Position numbers and translations under genes: made by a program. Under the pieces are notes generated by a model that ran no database searches, had not been told where the DNA came from, and saw only the letters and a list, made by a program, of their open reading frames with translations. From Camelus ferus (Eukaryota), in the NCBI RefSeq assembly GCF_009834535.1, contig NC_045698.1, positions 622,001 to 686,000 on the forward strand: a DNA stretch of 64,000 nt. The letters are read 5' to 3'. Below are positions 1 to 11,553 of this stretch, in pieces. The first letter of the stretch is position 1. Every line of letters starts with the position of its first letter.

Positions 1-3000
1 CTGCCCCGTTTGTGGCCATTTGTCACAGCAGCCCAGACGCTGACTTGCTGTCCCCCAGGCACTCTATCCCTGACAGCTCCTGCTTACTGAAGCCCAGGAA
101 CCCCGGACCCCTGTGCTGACTCGCACGGAGCACCTAGTTTGAGCTATGCTGGGTCTTCAAAGGGAAGCTCAGGGCAGGTTTCATCTATTCGGAAAGAAGA
201 GATGCCCACCCTTCTTGGGACAAAGCCAGGCCTGAACTGACCGCGAGGGCTGCCGCCTGGAGACCTTTCGTTCTCCTGGAGCTTCTGAGGGGTGTGACAG
301 AAGCTCTGGGGGGGTCAGAATGTGAGCCCCAGGCTCATTAGCCACTGAGCACCTGCCACAGACCTGTGTCCACGCCAGGACCTTGGGTGGACCCTGAGTT
401 CAGAAGCCGAGCCCCCAAGTGGATGCCGGACACACTCCCAGCCCGTGTCCAGGGCTGCCCAGCTGGCTCTGCTGCAAGGCATGATCACATGCCATGCAGC
501 CAGAGGAAAGGGGGGGCCAGCCCGTGGGGTTTTCACAGGGGTGTCCCCTCCCTGGGGCCTCATGTTTCCAACAGACCATAAGGTCGGGCCAGGGCACCCA
601 GAGGTTTTTAACCAGACTCTAGCAGGCAGACGATGGAGCGGGTCTTCTCATGGCACTCGCCTGGCCCAGGTCTCCACGGGGGCAGCAGTAACTCTGGCCG
701 CCCCTGTTTCCTGGAGGACTTCCTGGGAGCCAGGAGACGGGAAACGGAGAGCTTTTGCTCTGTCAAGAGTGTGGGGTTTTCAAGGTCAGCAGGTGGCCCT
801 GAAGACCCAGGAAGGTGATCACAGATGCACCAAAGTCTGAAGGAATATGTGAACGTTGACAGTGGAAAAGCAGATGCATTCAGGAGGTGGTTATTTGTGT
901 CGCCAAAGGTTTCTCCTCCGATCACCGGGACATCCCCACGCCCCCGTGGCCTGAAACAGGAGTCCATCTCCTGCGCCTCGACCAGGGTGTGTGTGGCCCC
1001 CCCAGACCTGGCACCACAGGGTGGACAGCCCAGCACCGATGCAGGGTGGGGACCCCTGGACCTCCTGGGAGGCCGGGAGCTGAGATCTCAGGGGAAATCT
1101 CTGACGTCTCCGTGCCCATGGGTAGCGGTGGGAAACGTCTGGTGGGCCTTACCTGGACAGATGGGCTGTACTGGGCCTCAGAGCAGGACCTGTCCAGGTC
1201 AGGGGCCACCTCCCGGGAGGACAGAGAACTCAGTTCTGTGCTGTGGCTCGTGAAGCAGACGGCCTCGGGAGTCTGAGTTTAGGACAGAGTCATGGCAGGC
1301 TGTGTGGATGGCGGCCTCTGGGGGCAGTGACCCACGAGCCTGGGGTCTCCCCTGAGAGCCCCTGCAGGGTGAGAGGGGCAGGGATGGGACTGTGGGGGCC
1401 CTGATCCCATCCCCAGGGCCAGCAGAGAGCCTGGCAGGCACTGGAGAGTGAACACACGGTGCTTCAGGGCTGCAGGAGGTGGGAGCCGGGAGGCGAGGGG
1501 ACAGCAGCCCAGGCCGGGCCTGGGGGTCAGTAGAGCCGACATCACATACAGTGCCAAGGACCCTCTCCAGGCAGGAGGGAGGGGCGAGGGTGGGGGCCAG
1601 AACGGAGTGACAGGCGGGGTTGGAGGGTTTTATATGCGGGAGACTGGGGCTCCTTTCTCGGGGGGCAAAGGGCATGAGGGGTGAGGTTGGCGCTGGGGGG
1701 TTCTGCAGCAGGAGGGGCTCAGAGTAGGGCCGGGTGCACGCTTAGCACGGCTGGGGCATCCCAGGAGGGGTGGGGCGGGCCCCGCCCCGGGGGAGGTGCT
1801 GCTGCAGGAGGGGGCCTTGCCTGGGGACGTTAGAGATGGGCGTCCGTGTGCACCCCAGTCTGGCTTGAGGGCCCTGGCTATCTGGACACTTGGGAGGTCA
1901 CCCGGCAGGGAGCGGCCGCACTCCTGGCCAGCAGCCCTGCAGTGGGTTTCCGACGTTGCAATGAAAGCTCTCGGCCCTTCTGTGTCTCCAAAGCAGAATG
2001 GATTAAAGGGCATTTCTGTGTGACCAGGACGGATTCGACTGAAGTCACCAATCACAGGGACGAGCAGGGTTGCTTCTCCCACAAACGCCCTCTTTTCCCA
2101 CACGGGCCCCGCCCTGCGCCTCAGAGGTTGCTGCTGACTGGGGTCCACGCTGTGCCGTCTGACGTCGGGCTGAGTGTGGGTGAACGTTTCCTCAGAGGCC
2201 CCTCGCTTCTGCCGCTTCAGGGACTATCACGGCTGGCCGTCGTGATCGCTGCGACCCCGGGGTCATCCCGGGCCGTCGGCGTTGTGTCGCTGTGTCATTA
2301 TTGTGTAATTGTAGCATTATTGTGCTGTTTTTGTTATTGTGGTGTTGGGAGCGTCTCAGGGTCCCACCAAGGGTCTGTGCAGACTTTCTGTCTTGAACCT
2401 TCCGCCGGCCCAAAGCGTTTGTACCCTTGTCTGTAACCAACACAATCGCCAAAAGCAAGTGCTCACATTATTTTAAAAACAAGATTGGAACGTATTTTTG
2501 AACTTTCAGCTAATTCAGCCTTGCGTGTTAGGGTGCCTGGCTGGGCCTGTCTCCCTTTGGCATCTCTGCTGCATCAGGGGAGCGACTGAGACCCCCGGGC
2601 TGCAGCCCGCCGCTCAGGCTGCCTGCTGCCAGGCCCTGCGGGAGCTGGTCTCCGGGCTCCGGCCGTTTCACCCGTGACGTTGGCTCTTTCCGCAAGAAAT
2701 GCTGTGCTCCGCCCGGCCTCAGATCCTTCCATCCAGAGTGGGCGGCTGCCGCCGATATGTTTACTTCTGTGATTGTAACCAGATGGGCAAGGGAGGCTCG
2801 GGCCGGGCTGGGATCCTCTGGAACCGTGCAGAGTCTGGGCGTCTGACCCCCGGAGCCCGGCTGGACGCCTGGAGAGGGCATGCGGTGGAGGGTCTCTTAG
2901 TGATCAGGAGTTTTATTCCTTATTAAAACAAACTCCAGCCCATGTCCCACCTGGCACCCTAAGAACCCACAGAGGCAGCCTCGTTCTGAGGGGGTGACGC

Positions 3001-3398
3001 GCGTGGCGGTTCAGGGCAGGGATTAGGAGGGAGGAGGATGCCGGGAGGGGGCCGCTGTGGGAGCTCCGGAGACAGACGGCAGGGGTCCCCCTCCTTCCTG
3101 GGCCCGGCGATGCCAGCTCCACCCACTCATCCCCTCGAAGCTCCGTCGGCACGGCGATGGTTCCTGAACGATCCATGTCCTCCCGCGGTGGCCCACGACC
3201 GGCCGGCTTCCTTCCCACGACGTGCACGGGGCCCCCTGGCCCAGGAGGCATCTCGTGCAGACAAGCCCGTCTCTGCCCCCGGCTCCGCCCTTGATGCAGC
3301 CCCAGCGAGCCTGCCGGGGTCCCTTCCCCACACAGAGGGCCGCTGGGCTGGGCCTCAGCACACTGGGCAGCGTGCGCCACAGTCACAGGCGTGTGCTC

Positions 3399-5708
3399 GG
3401 CTCCTCGTTCCCAGGCTCACGGGCTTCAGGGTCCTCGCTCCCAGGCTGAGGGGCTTCAGGCTCCTCGTTCCCAGGCTCAGGGGCTTCAAGGTCCTCGTTC
3501 CCAGGCTCGGGCTTCAGGGTCCTCGTTCCCAGGCTCAGGGCCTTCAGGGTCCTCGTTCCCAGGCTCAGGGGCTTCAGGCTCCTCGTTCCCAGGCTCCGGG
3601 GCTTCAGGCTCCTCGTTCCCAGGCTCAGGGGCTTCAGGGTCCTCGTTCCCAGGCTCAGGGGCTTCAGGGTCCTCGTTCCCAGGCTCAGGGGCTTCAGGCA
3701 CCTCGTTCCCAGGCTCAGGGGCTTCAGGCTCCTCGTTCCCAGGCTCAGGGGCTTCAAGGTCCTCGTTCCCAGGCTCAGGGGCTTCAGGCTCCTCGTTCCC
3801 AGGCTCAGGGGCTTCAGGCTCCTCGTTCCCAGGCTCAGGGGCTTCAGGGTCCTCGTTCCCAGGCTCAGGGGCTTCAGGCTCCTCGTTCCCAGGCTCAGGG
3901 GCTTCAAGGTCCTCGTTCCCAGGCTCAGGGGCTTCAGGCTCCTCGTTCCCAGGCTCAGGGGCTTCAGGCTCCTCGTTCCCAGGCTCAGGGGCTTCAGGGT
4001 CCTCGTTCCCAGGCTCAGGGGCTTCAGGGTCCTCGTTCCCAGGCTCAGGGGCTTCAGGGTCCTCGTTCCCAGGCTCAGGGGCTTCAGGGTCCTCGTTCCC
4101 AGGCTCAGGGGCTTCAGGCTCCTCGTTCCCAGGCTCAGGGGCTTCAGGCTCCTCGTTCCCAGGCTCAGGGGCTTCAGGCTCCTCGTTCCCAGGCTCAGGG
4201 GCTTCAGGGTCCTCGTTCCCAGGCTCAGGGGCTTCAGGCTCCTCGTTCCCAGGCTCCGGGGCTTCAAGGTCCTCGTTCCCAGGCTCAGGGGCTTCAGGCT
4301 CCTCGTTCCCAGGCTCAGGGGCTTCAGGCTCCTCGTTCCCAGGCTCCGGGGCTTCAAGGTCCTCGTTCCCAGGCTCAGGGGCTTCAGGCTCCTCGTTCCC
4401 AGGCTCAGGGGCTTCAGGCTCCTCGTTCCCAGGCTCAGGGGCTTCAGGCTCCTCGTTCCCAGGCTCAGGGGATTCAGGGTCCTCGTTCCCAGGCTCAGGG
4501 GCTTCAGGGTCCTCGTTCCCAGGCTCAGGGGCTTCAGGCTCCTCGTTCCCAGGCTCAGGGCTTCAGGCTCCTCGTTCCCAGGCTCAGGGGCTTCAGGCTC
4601 CTCGTTCCCAGGCTCAGGGGCTTCAGGCTCCTCGTTCCCAGGCTCAGGGGCTTCAGGGTCCTCGTTCCCAGGCTCAGGGGCTTCAAGGTCCTCGTTCCCA
4701 GGCTCAGGGGCTTCAGGCTCCTCGTTCCCAGGCTCCGGGGCTTCAAGGTCCTCGTTCCCAGGCTCAGGGGCTTCAGGCTCCTCGTTCCCAGGCTCAGGGG
4801 CTTCAGGCTCCTCGTTCCCAGGCTCCGGGGCTTCAAGGTCCTCGTTCCCAGGCTCAGGGGCTTCAGGCTCCTCGTTCCCAGGCTCAGGGGCTTCAGGCTC
4901 CTCGTTCCCAGGCTCAGGGGCTTCAGGCTCCTCGTTCCCAGGCTCAGGGGATTCAGGGTCCTCGTTCCCAGGCTCAGGGGCTTCAGGCTCCTCGTTCCCA
5001 GGCTCAGGGGATTCAGGGTCCTCGTTCCCAGGCTCAGGGGCTTCAGGGTCCTCGTTCCCAGGCTCAGGGGCTTCAGGCTCCTCGTTCCCAGGCTCAGGGG
5101 CTTCAGGGTCCTCGTTCCCAGGCTCAGGGGCTTCAAGGTCCTCGTTCCCAGGCTCAGGGGCTTCAGGCTCCTCGTTCCCAGGCTCCGGGGCTTCAAGGTC
5201 CTCGTTCCCAGGCTCAGGGGCTTCAGGCTCCTCGTTCCCAGGCTCAGGGGCTTCAGGCTCCTCGTTCCCAGGCTCCGGGGCTTCAAGGTCCTCGTTCCCA
5301 GGCTCAGGGGCTTCAGGCTCCTCGTTCCCAGGCTCAGGGGCTTCAGGCTCCTCGTTCCCAGGCTCAGGGGCTTCAGGCTCCTCGTTCCCAGGCTCGGGGC
5401 TTCAGGCTCCTCGTTCCCAGGCTCAGGGGCTTCAGGGTCCTCGTTCCCAGGCTCAGGGGCTTCAGGCTCCTCGTTCCCAGGCTCCGGGGCTTCAGGGTCC
5501 TCGTTCCCAGGCTCAGGGGCTTCAGGCTCCTCGTTCCCAGGCTCAGGGGCTTCAGGCTCCTCGTTCCCAGGCTCCGGGGCTTCAAGGTCCTCGTTCCCAG
5601 GCTCAGGGGCTTCAGGCTCCTCGTTCCCAGGCTCAGGGGCTTCAGGCTCCTCGTTCCCAGGCTCAGGGGCTTCAGGCTCCTCGTTCCCAGGCTCAGGGGC
5701 TTCAGGGT
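3399..5708. repeat. 30-bp minisatellite (consensus GCTTCAGGCTCCTCGTTCCCAGGCTCAGGG), ~77 copies, in NKD2 intron 3
   Basis: Directly visible tandem array. Variants GGCT/GGGT/AGGT, CAGGG/CCGGG and GATTC, plus a few 29-bp units. Confidence 0.99.
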
Positions 5709-7383
5709 GTGTTTTATGTTTGTTGTCGAGGAACCTCCTCCGTCAAAAGGACCGGTTTGTACATCTGGGCCAAAGCGTTAAGGTGTTTCTGTGGTTGGGC
5801 TTCATCTCGTTTGTGCTCAAGCCTCAGACAGAATGAGCTGGAGGTGCAGCACTGCATTTGAGGGCGGCCTGTGTCCCTTCTCTCCTGCCAAAGGACACGG
5901 CCCCCTCGAGGGGGCTGGCGGGCCTGGTGCGAGGGTGCTGGGTCCGGCTGGTGGCACCGGCCCCGGTGAGAACCTGAGAGTGTGGTGCCAGCGTCGCGGC
6001 CACATGGAGCCTCCTGTTTTCTGCAGTGAGTGGGGCACCGCAGGCCAGAGTGAGGGTGCCTCCAGGCCACGCATGGGGTCAGATGCGCCCGATGAGCCGT
6101 GAAGGTGGAGGCCCCTCCACGTGTGGTCTCCCTGACGCCAGCTGGTCCCTGGACGTGGTCCCTCCTGGGTGGGCCTGAACACCTGGGCACGCCCTCCAAG
6201 GCCTGGGCCAGCCGGTCCTGGACTCAACCTCTTGGTGAGAATGCTCCCAGTTTGTCCGGATGACAAGGAATGCCAGCAGGATGATCTGAGACAGTACCAC
6301 ACCGTGGAGGTGGCGTCAGGCCCTTCTGTGGACAGGGTGGGAGCCAGCCCCCTCCCCACTGCCTGTAACCGGGGTGGCAGCTGATCAGAGCCGTCCAGCA
6401 GGCGCTGCAGGGACTCTGACCAAGGTCCCAGAGCACCTGGGATGTCAGGTGACCTTGTGGGGTGACCCCACTGGGCCTCCTGCCGCGCTGGGCCCGGGCC
6501 AGGGCCTGAGCCCGCGGGAGAGAGGAGAGACCCTGTGACCCGGCTGCAATAGTGCCCTGGGGCCTGGAGGGCCGGCGGGCGGGCGGCCGTGGGGGCCCAC
6601 GTCCACATGCACACAGCCTCCCCTGTGCACCCCTGGCCGTGCTCTCAGCAGCTCCGCACCCTCGGCAGCAGAAACGGAAATGCTGGGAACCGCGGCCTGC
6701 CCGGTTCCCGGGGGGCGCTGCCCTGCGACCCCCTACCAGGGACTGGGATGCTGCCTGGCCACGCTGCACCCGCTTCCTGTGTCCGTGCTCTTACTTTTGT
6801 GGCCTGTCCCCGAGGACCACGCAAATGTCTGTCCTGTAGTTTCCCGGCAGAATTGTCCTTTGGATTTGTTGGAAGTCTGGTCCCATTTTTCCATAACTGC
6901 TCTTGGGGCGGCTGTGGAAGCAGGGGGCTTCCATCTGGGACCTCGGCCGCCTGGGGGAGGTGCCGGCCCCCGGGTTCACGGGTACGTGGGGCAGCTCAGC
7001 CCAGTTCTTGTCGGGCTCCGGCAGGGGGTGCTGCAGGTGGGCTGGGGAGCAGAGGGCGGGTGGGTCTGCTCGCAGCCTGCTGTCTTCTTCGGCACCACCT
7101 CTCCTGGCAAAGACTGGCAGTGAGCCTTGTTCTCAGGGTGGCCGCGCAGTTGTGGGCACTGTTGCAGGTGCCCTATCTAGTCCTGGAGACAGTTCTGATA
7201 GAACCGGACAACACTGTGGGACGTGCGTTTGTTTTACTTTAAAAAACCCAAGGCTTAGTGAGGTGTGGGGAGGTTGGCGTTTCTGGACCGTGAGTGCCTG
7301 ACACCCCAGGGCATGGGGTTCGGTTCAGTTCCCAGATCTCGTACTGGAATGTCCACAGTCTGCCCTGTTCTTTCTCCCTGCAG

Positions 7384-7444
7384 GAGCTGCCCAGCGGGGA
7401 CCCCAAGGAAGGACATTTCCGGGAGGACCAGGGCCCACTAGAGG
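7384..7444 (+). CDS. NKD2: NKD2 exon 4 (61 nt; ELPSGDPKEGHFREDQGPLE)
   Basis: ttctccctgcag| acceptor and G|gtaagg donor; peptide matches NKD2. Confidence 0.93.
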
Positions 7445-8331
7445 GTAAGGCCCAGCATGCTGTGTTAGTGTCAGGCTGTCCCAATGGTCAGCATGTGAAA
7501 TGCAGCCGCCCTGAGTGGCCGCCACGCACAGGTGTCTGCGGCGGAGGGTTCTCTGTGCAGCACGGCAGATGGTCACCAGGCTTCCCTGGGGGACGGGTCC
7601 CAGGGTGAGTGTCCCTATCATGTGGGCAAGGAGTCGCTCCGGGTGCAGGAGGCCAACCAGCAGGGCTGCTTCAGAGGGGCCCTGAGAGCCCTAGTCAGGA
7701 GCTCGGGCACCGAGCATCCTCCTGGCAGCTGGACGAGTGCCATCGGCAGGTGCGAGAGGAGCACACCCGGGCGCCCACCCTGGGGAGCAGGTGCACCCGG
7801 GAGCAAGAGCTCATGGTCCACCCTCACCCAGTGGTCAGGGAGGGCGCTGCCCAGTGCACAGGCCTCCGTGGACTCGGGTTGAGGGTTGCTGGGAGACCGG
7901 GCCGTGTCGACGGGCAGGGGAAGCCAGACGATGCAGTGATTCTCCTGGGGGTCCCGCGGGCTGGGACCTCCTTGCGGGCCTGCAGGCCTGCCTTCTCCCA
8001 GCCCTGTGCTTCGAAGCGACTGCTGGTCAGGTATGGCAGAGGCAGAGGACACACCTGGCCATGGCTCAGCCGGGGCGGGGGGAGCTGGGGACACACCTGG
8101 CCGTGGCTCACCTGGGCGAGAGCTGCTCAGCCGTCTGCTCGGGTCTCTTGGTGCCAGTGTCTGGGAAGGCCAGGTTCTTGGCTCAGAACCGTCCTGGAGG
8201 GGCCCCGAGGCTCAGCAAGGACTCGGGGGCTCTCGGGCCACCCTTCCCCACGCCCTCTGCCCTGCAGCATCAGCTGGGCTGGGCCTGGGCAGACGGCCCT
8301 TCTCACCTGTCCTGTCATCTTGTCCCTGCAG

Positions 8332-8459
8332 TGGTGCTGCCGCCTGAGAAGGCCGAGGGCCGAGAGGGCCTGGGACAGCTCTTGAGCCCAGAGGGTGCAG
8401 AGAGGGCGGCAGCCCGCGAGGGCCCCCGAGGCCTGGGCAGGAAGCGCCTGAACGTTGAC
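8332..8459 (+). CDS. NKD2: NKD2 exon 5 (128 nt; VVLPPEKAEGREGLGQLL...KRLNVD)
   Basis: tgtccctgcag| acceptor and |gtaggt donor; phase consistent. Confidence 0.92.
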
Positions 8460-8842
8460 GTAGGTCTTCGCTCCTGCCTACCTCGTGGGGCGGGGCCGAC
8501 GGCCGGGATGGACGTCCCTGCGCCCTGCGGCCTGGGCGGCTCCCCTGAGGGTCAGCGGGTTGGGGGAGTTACAGGGCCCTGGGCTGGGCTGCTCCGGTGG
8601 GCAGGCTTCAGGGGTGGAGGTGTCGCCGTGGCTAGCCAGTGTGGTGCCAGGTACTGAGCGATGTCCCCGGGCGTCCCTGCGGCACAGGGGAGTGACCCAG
8701 AAGCTGACTTCACAGACCATCCTGTCTCCCCCACCCACTTAGGAGGGGAGGGGTCCGTTTTCCTGGAGTGAGGCAAGGCTCGGGGGTCCCTGCCCAGGGG
8801 TGAGGCCAACCCTGCTGCCTCTGCCCCTGTGCACCCCCATAG

Positions 8843-8938
8843 GCGCTCCAGTGTGATGTCTCAGTGGAGGAAGACAGCCACCAGGAGTGGACGTTCACCC
8901 TGTACGGCTTTGACCACAGTGGGAAGGCCACCAGAGAG
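8843..8938 (+). CDS. NKD2: NKD2 exon 6 (96 nt; ALQCDVSVEEDSHQEWTFTLYGFDHSGKATRE), EF-hand-like region
   Basis: cccccatag| acceptor and |gtgact donor; QEWTFTLY motif of Naked proteins. Confidence 0.94.
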
Positions 8939-9617
8939 GTGACTCACTGTGTCTGCATCAGTCCCCATGAAGGGCGCTGGCAGCAGATGGATGACAGTGC
9001 CGGATCTCTGTGATGGGGAGATGGACTGAGCCTGTCTAGGGTGGGAGGAGAGGCCGGGACCCTTCCCAGGAGGCAGGCTGGGGTGGGTGGGTGGGAGGGG
9101 AGCCACCACAGGACCCAGGTGACGGATGGAGCTGGCTGGAGTCCGTGTCAGCTCCCGTCACCCTGTGCAGCCTGCATCTGCCCTGGCCAGCAGCCCCTTG
9201 GCCAGGTGGTGAGGGTCCCGGGAGTGCCCCCAGTGCTCGGTTCTGCTGGGCTGTGTGTCTTGGAGGCACATGGTGCTCCTGGAAAGGAAACAGGCACATA
9301 GGATGACTGAAATAAGTGTGTTCATGTTAAAAACAAAACTTTGATAGTTTACCAGGTTGCTAAGTTCTTTGAACATGGATCCAGTTTGAAGTTTACAAAG
9401 TCAGAGAGGTGTGCCTCCAGCAGGGCCACTGACTCGGGCCTCCCGGTGCCCACACCAGGCTGAGGAGGGCTGCTCAGATGAGCTGCCATCTCGCCGGGCT
9501 CTGTCAGGATGCTGAGCAAATCAAACAGGCAGGCAGCCTGGAGGCGGCAGCGGGCAGCGTGACTTGGGCAGTGCCCCCTCAGTCTGCCTGTGTCCGTGAC
9601 ACCCACGCCACCCTTAG

Positions 9618-9765
9618 GACATGTCCAGCCTGATGCACACCATCTACGAGGTTGTCGACGCCTCGGTCAGCCACTCCTCGGGCAGCAGCAAGACCCTCCG
9701 TGTGAAGCTGACTGTCAGCCCAGAGCCCTCCAGCAAGAGGAAGGAAGGCACCCCCACTGGCCAGG
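9618..9765 (+). CDS. NKD2: NKD2 exon 7 (148 nt; DMSSLMHTIYEVVDASV...KTLRVKLTVSPEP)
   Basis: cccttag| acceptor and G|gtgagg donor; strongly conserved NKD sequence. Confidence 0.96.
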
Positions 9766-10150
9766 GTGAGGGCCAGGGCTCTGGGGCTGCAGCGGCCCCC
9801 CAAATCAGACGCCAGAAGACCCTGCTCTAAATGGCCACCCACACTCCCTGCAGCCACCCCTCCTGCCCCCGGCCCCCATGCTGCGTTTCCCCATCGCTCT
9901 TAACTCCTGCTGACTGCGCCATGGGCTCCTTGTTAACTGTGTCTGCTGTTCAGTGTCCCCATCAGGACAAAAACCTCTGTGGTTTCCTGAACATGGAAGG
10001 TGGGGCTTGGCATCTGGCAGGGCCTCGAAACTGTTTGGTGAAGGAATGACTGAGGGCGTGAGTACTGGAGAGAGAGTGAGTGAGTGAGTGAATGAGGGAA
10101 GAGTGAAGAGGGAGGGAGGGAGGGAGGGAACGTATGCCCACCTGTTGCAG

Positions 10151-10235
10151 ACCGGGAGCCCACGCGCTGCAGGACGGAAGGGGAGCTCACCGAGGACCCC
10201 AGGGTGGCGGACAAGAGGCTGTCTGCGCACGTCAG
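10151..10235 (+). CDS. NKD2: NKD2 exon 8 (85 nt; DREPTRCRTEGELTEDPRVADKRLSAHVR)
   Basis: ctgttgcag| acceptor and AG|gtgagg donor. Confidence 0.93.
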
Positions 10236-10712
10236 GTGAGGGGCTGGGATCCAGGTCCGCCCTCCTCAGATGGGAGCAGCCCACCCAGTCCTTGCTGCCC
10301 ACTGGCCTCAGGGGCCGTCTGCTCCAAGTGGCCCAACAGGATGGGCACCGGGGTGCAGAGGCTTGGACGCAGGCAGGGAAGCCTGGGCACACCCTACAGT
10401 CGGGGTGGAGGCCAGCGCTCGGGGTGGAGGCCAGCGCTCGGGCTGGGGCTGAGAGGCCGGGGGCGTGGAGGGGAGCAGTGGGTTGGCCTGCAGACGCCCG
10501 GTGCCCTTGCCCCGGTGCCCTGTGGTCCCACTCCTGCACTGCGGTGGTGACGGGGGCGGCGGCCACAGAGCCCCAGCAGGTGTCCCAGGTGAGCCCAAAG
10601 ACAGCACAGGCCAGTGGGTGTGACTGTGGTTCTGCTGGTGGGAGCCTCTTGTCCCGGTGGGGGTGCTGGTCGGACCCTGAGGGGTCAGGCCCGCCCCCTG
10701 TGCCCCACGCAG

Positions 10713-10840
10713 GAGGCCCAGTGCGGACCCCAGCCCCTGCTCCGAGCGGGGTCCGTACTGCGTGGACGAGAACACAGAGCGGAGAAACCACTACCTGGAC
10801 CTGGCTGGCATCGAGAATTACACGTCTAAGTTTGGACCCG
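10713..10840 (+). CDS. NKD2: NKD2 exon 9 (128 nt; RPSADPSPCSERGPYCVDENTERRNHYLDLAGIENYTSKFGP)
   Basis: ccccacgcag| acceptor and G|gtaggt donor; conserved NKD motif. Confidence 0.96.
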
Positions 10841-10972
10841 GTAGGTACCGGAGACCCGGCCCCCGCCCCGCGCCGCCTCCAAAGGTGGGCTCAACAGGCG
10901 TGTGGGCGTGGGCCTGGTCCAGGTGAGATGTCCAGGCCCTGCAGAGGGCCTCACAGGTGCCTGTGTCCTCAG

Positions 10973-11553
10973 GGTCCCCCCCAGGGCAGGCCAGGCAGGA
11001 GCACCAGGCCAAGGCCCCGCACCCCCAGACCAGGTCCCGCTCCCAGGAGTCGGACGCGCACTCCGTGCACCACCGCCGGTGTCCTGCACCGGCCGACCAC
11101 GCCCTGCTGGCCGCGGAGCCTGCCCCCCGCGCCCTGGACCTGCAGCCCCGGCTGAAGGGGCAGGAGAAGCAGTTCCTGAAGTCCCCCCAGGCTGCGGGGA
11201 GGCCGTCCGGGGCGCCCAGCGGGGCGGCGAGGCCCGGGAGAGCCTTCAGCTACCACCCGCCACCCCCCCCATCCCAGGCCCCCCAGGATGGCCACCACCT
11301 CCCACAGCCCCCGCCCCAGCCCCCGCCACCGCCCTACGGCCACAGGCGGTGCCGGCAGAAGGGCAGGGAGGGCCCCTCGCCTCTCAGGGCTGCGCTGGGC
11401 CAGCCCGCGGTGCTGGAGCACGAGGTGGTGCGGGACCTGCCGCCCCTGCTGCTGGGCGAGGCCTGTGCGGTGCCCGTGGTCCAGCGCCACGAGCACCACC
11501 ACCACCACGAGCACCACCACCACCACCACCACCACCACCACGCCCCGTCCTAG
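10973..11553 (+). CDS. NKD2: NKD2 exon 10 coding part (581 nt), ending in a poly-His tract and TAG
   Basis: gtcctcag| acceptor; GSPP...RSRSQE...EHEVVRDLPP...RHEHHHHHEHHHHHHHHHHAPS*. Confidence 0.95.

Noticed and set aside
2290..2350. TG/AT-rich patch with several ATTGT (SOX-like) cores
   Set aside because: Low-complexity sequence; the motif is too short to support a call without conservation data
3399..5708. Possible CRISPR-like array
   Set aside because: Head-to-tail repeats with no unique spacers, in mammalian DNA with no cas genes
3038..5836. 932-aa and 796-aa ORFs with (GLQAPRSQAQ)n, (GFRLLVPRLR)n and (GASGSSFPGS)n, plus antisense ORFs
   Set aside because: They follow from a stop-free 30-bp tandem unit read in several frames inside NKD2 intron 3. 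Peptide frames swap at 29-bp units, and there is no independent gene structure.
8050..10440. Short local duplications (ACACACCTGGCC.TGGCTCA twice at ~8050/8091; GGGGTGGAGGCCAGCGCTC twice at ~10402/10421; also CCCAGGAGTCCC repeats at ~41170-41240)
   Set aside because: Ordinary two- or three-copy slippage duplications in introns with no evidence of function
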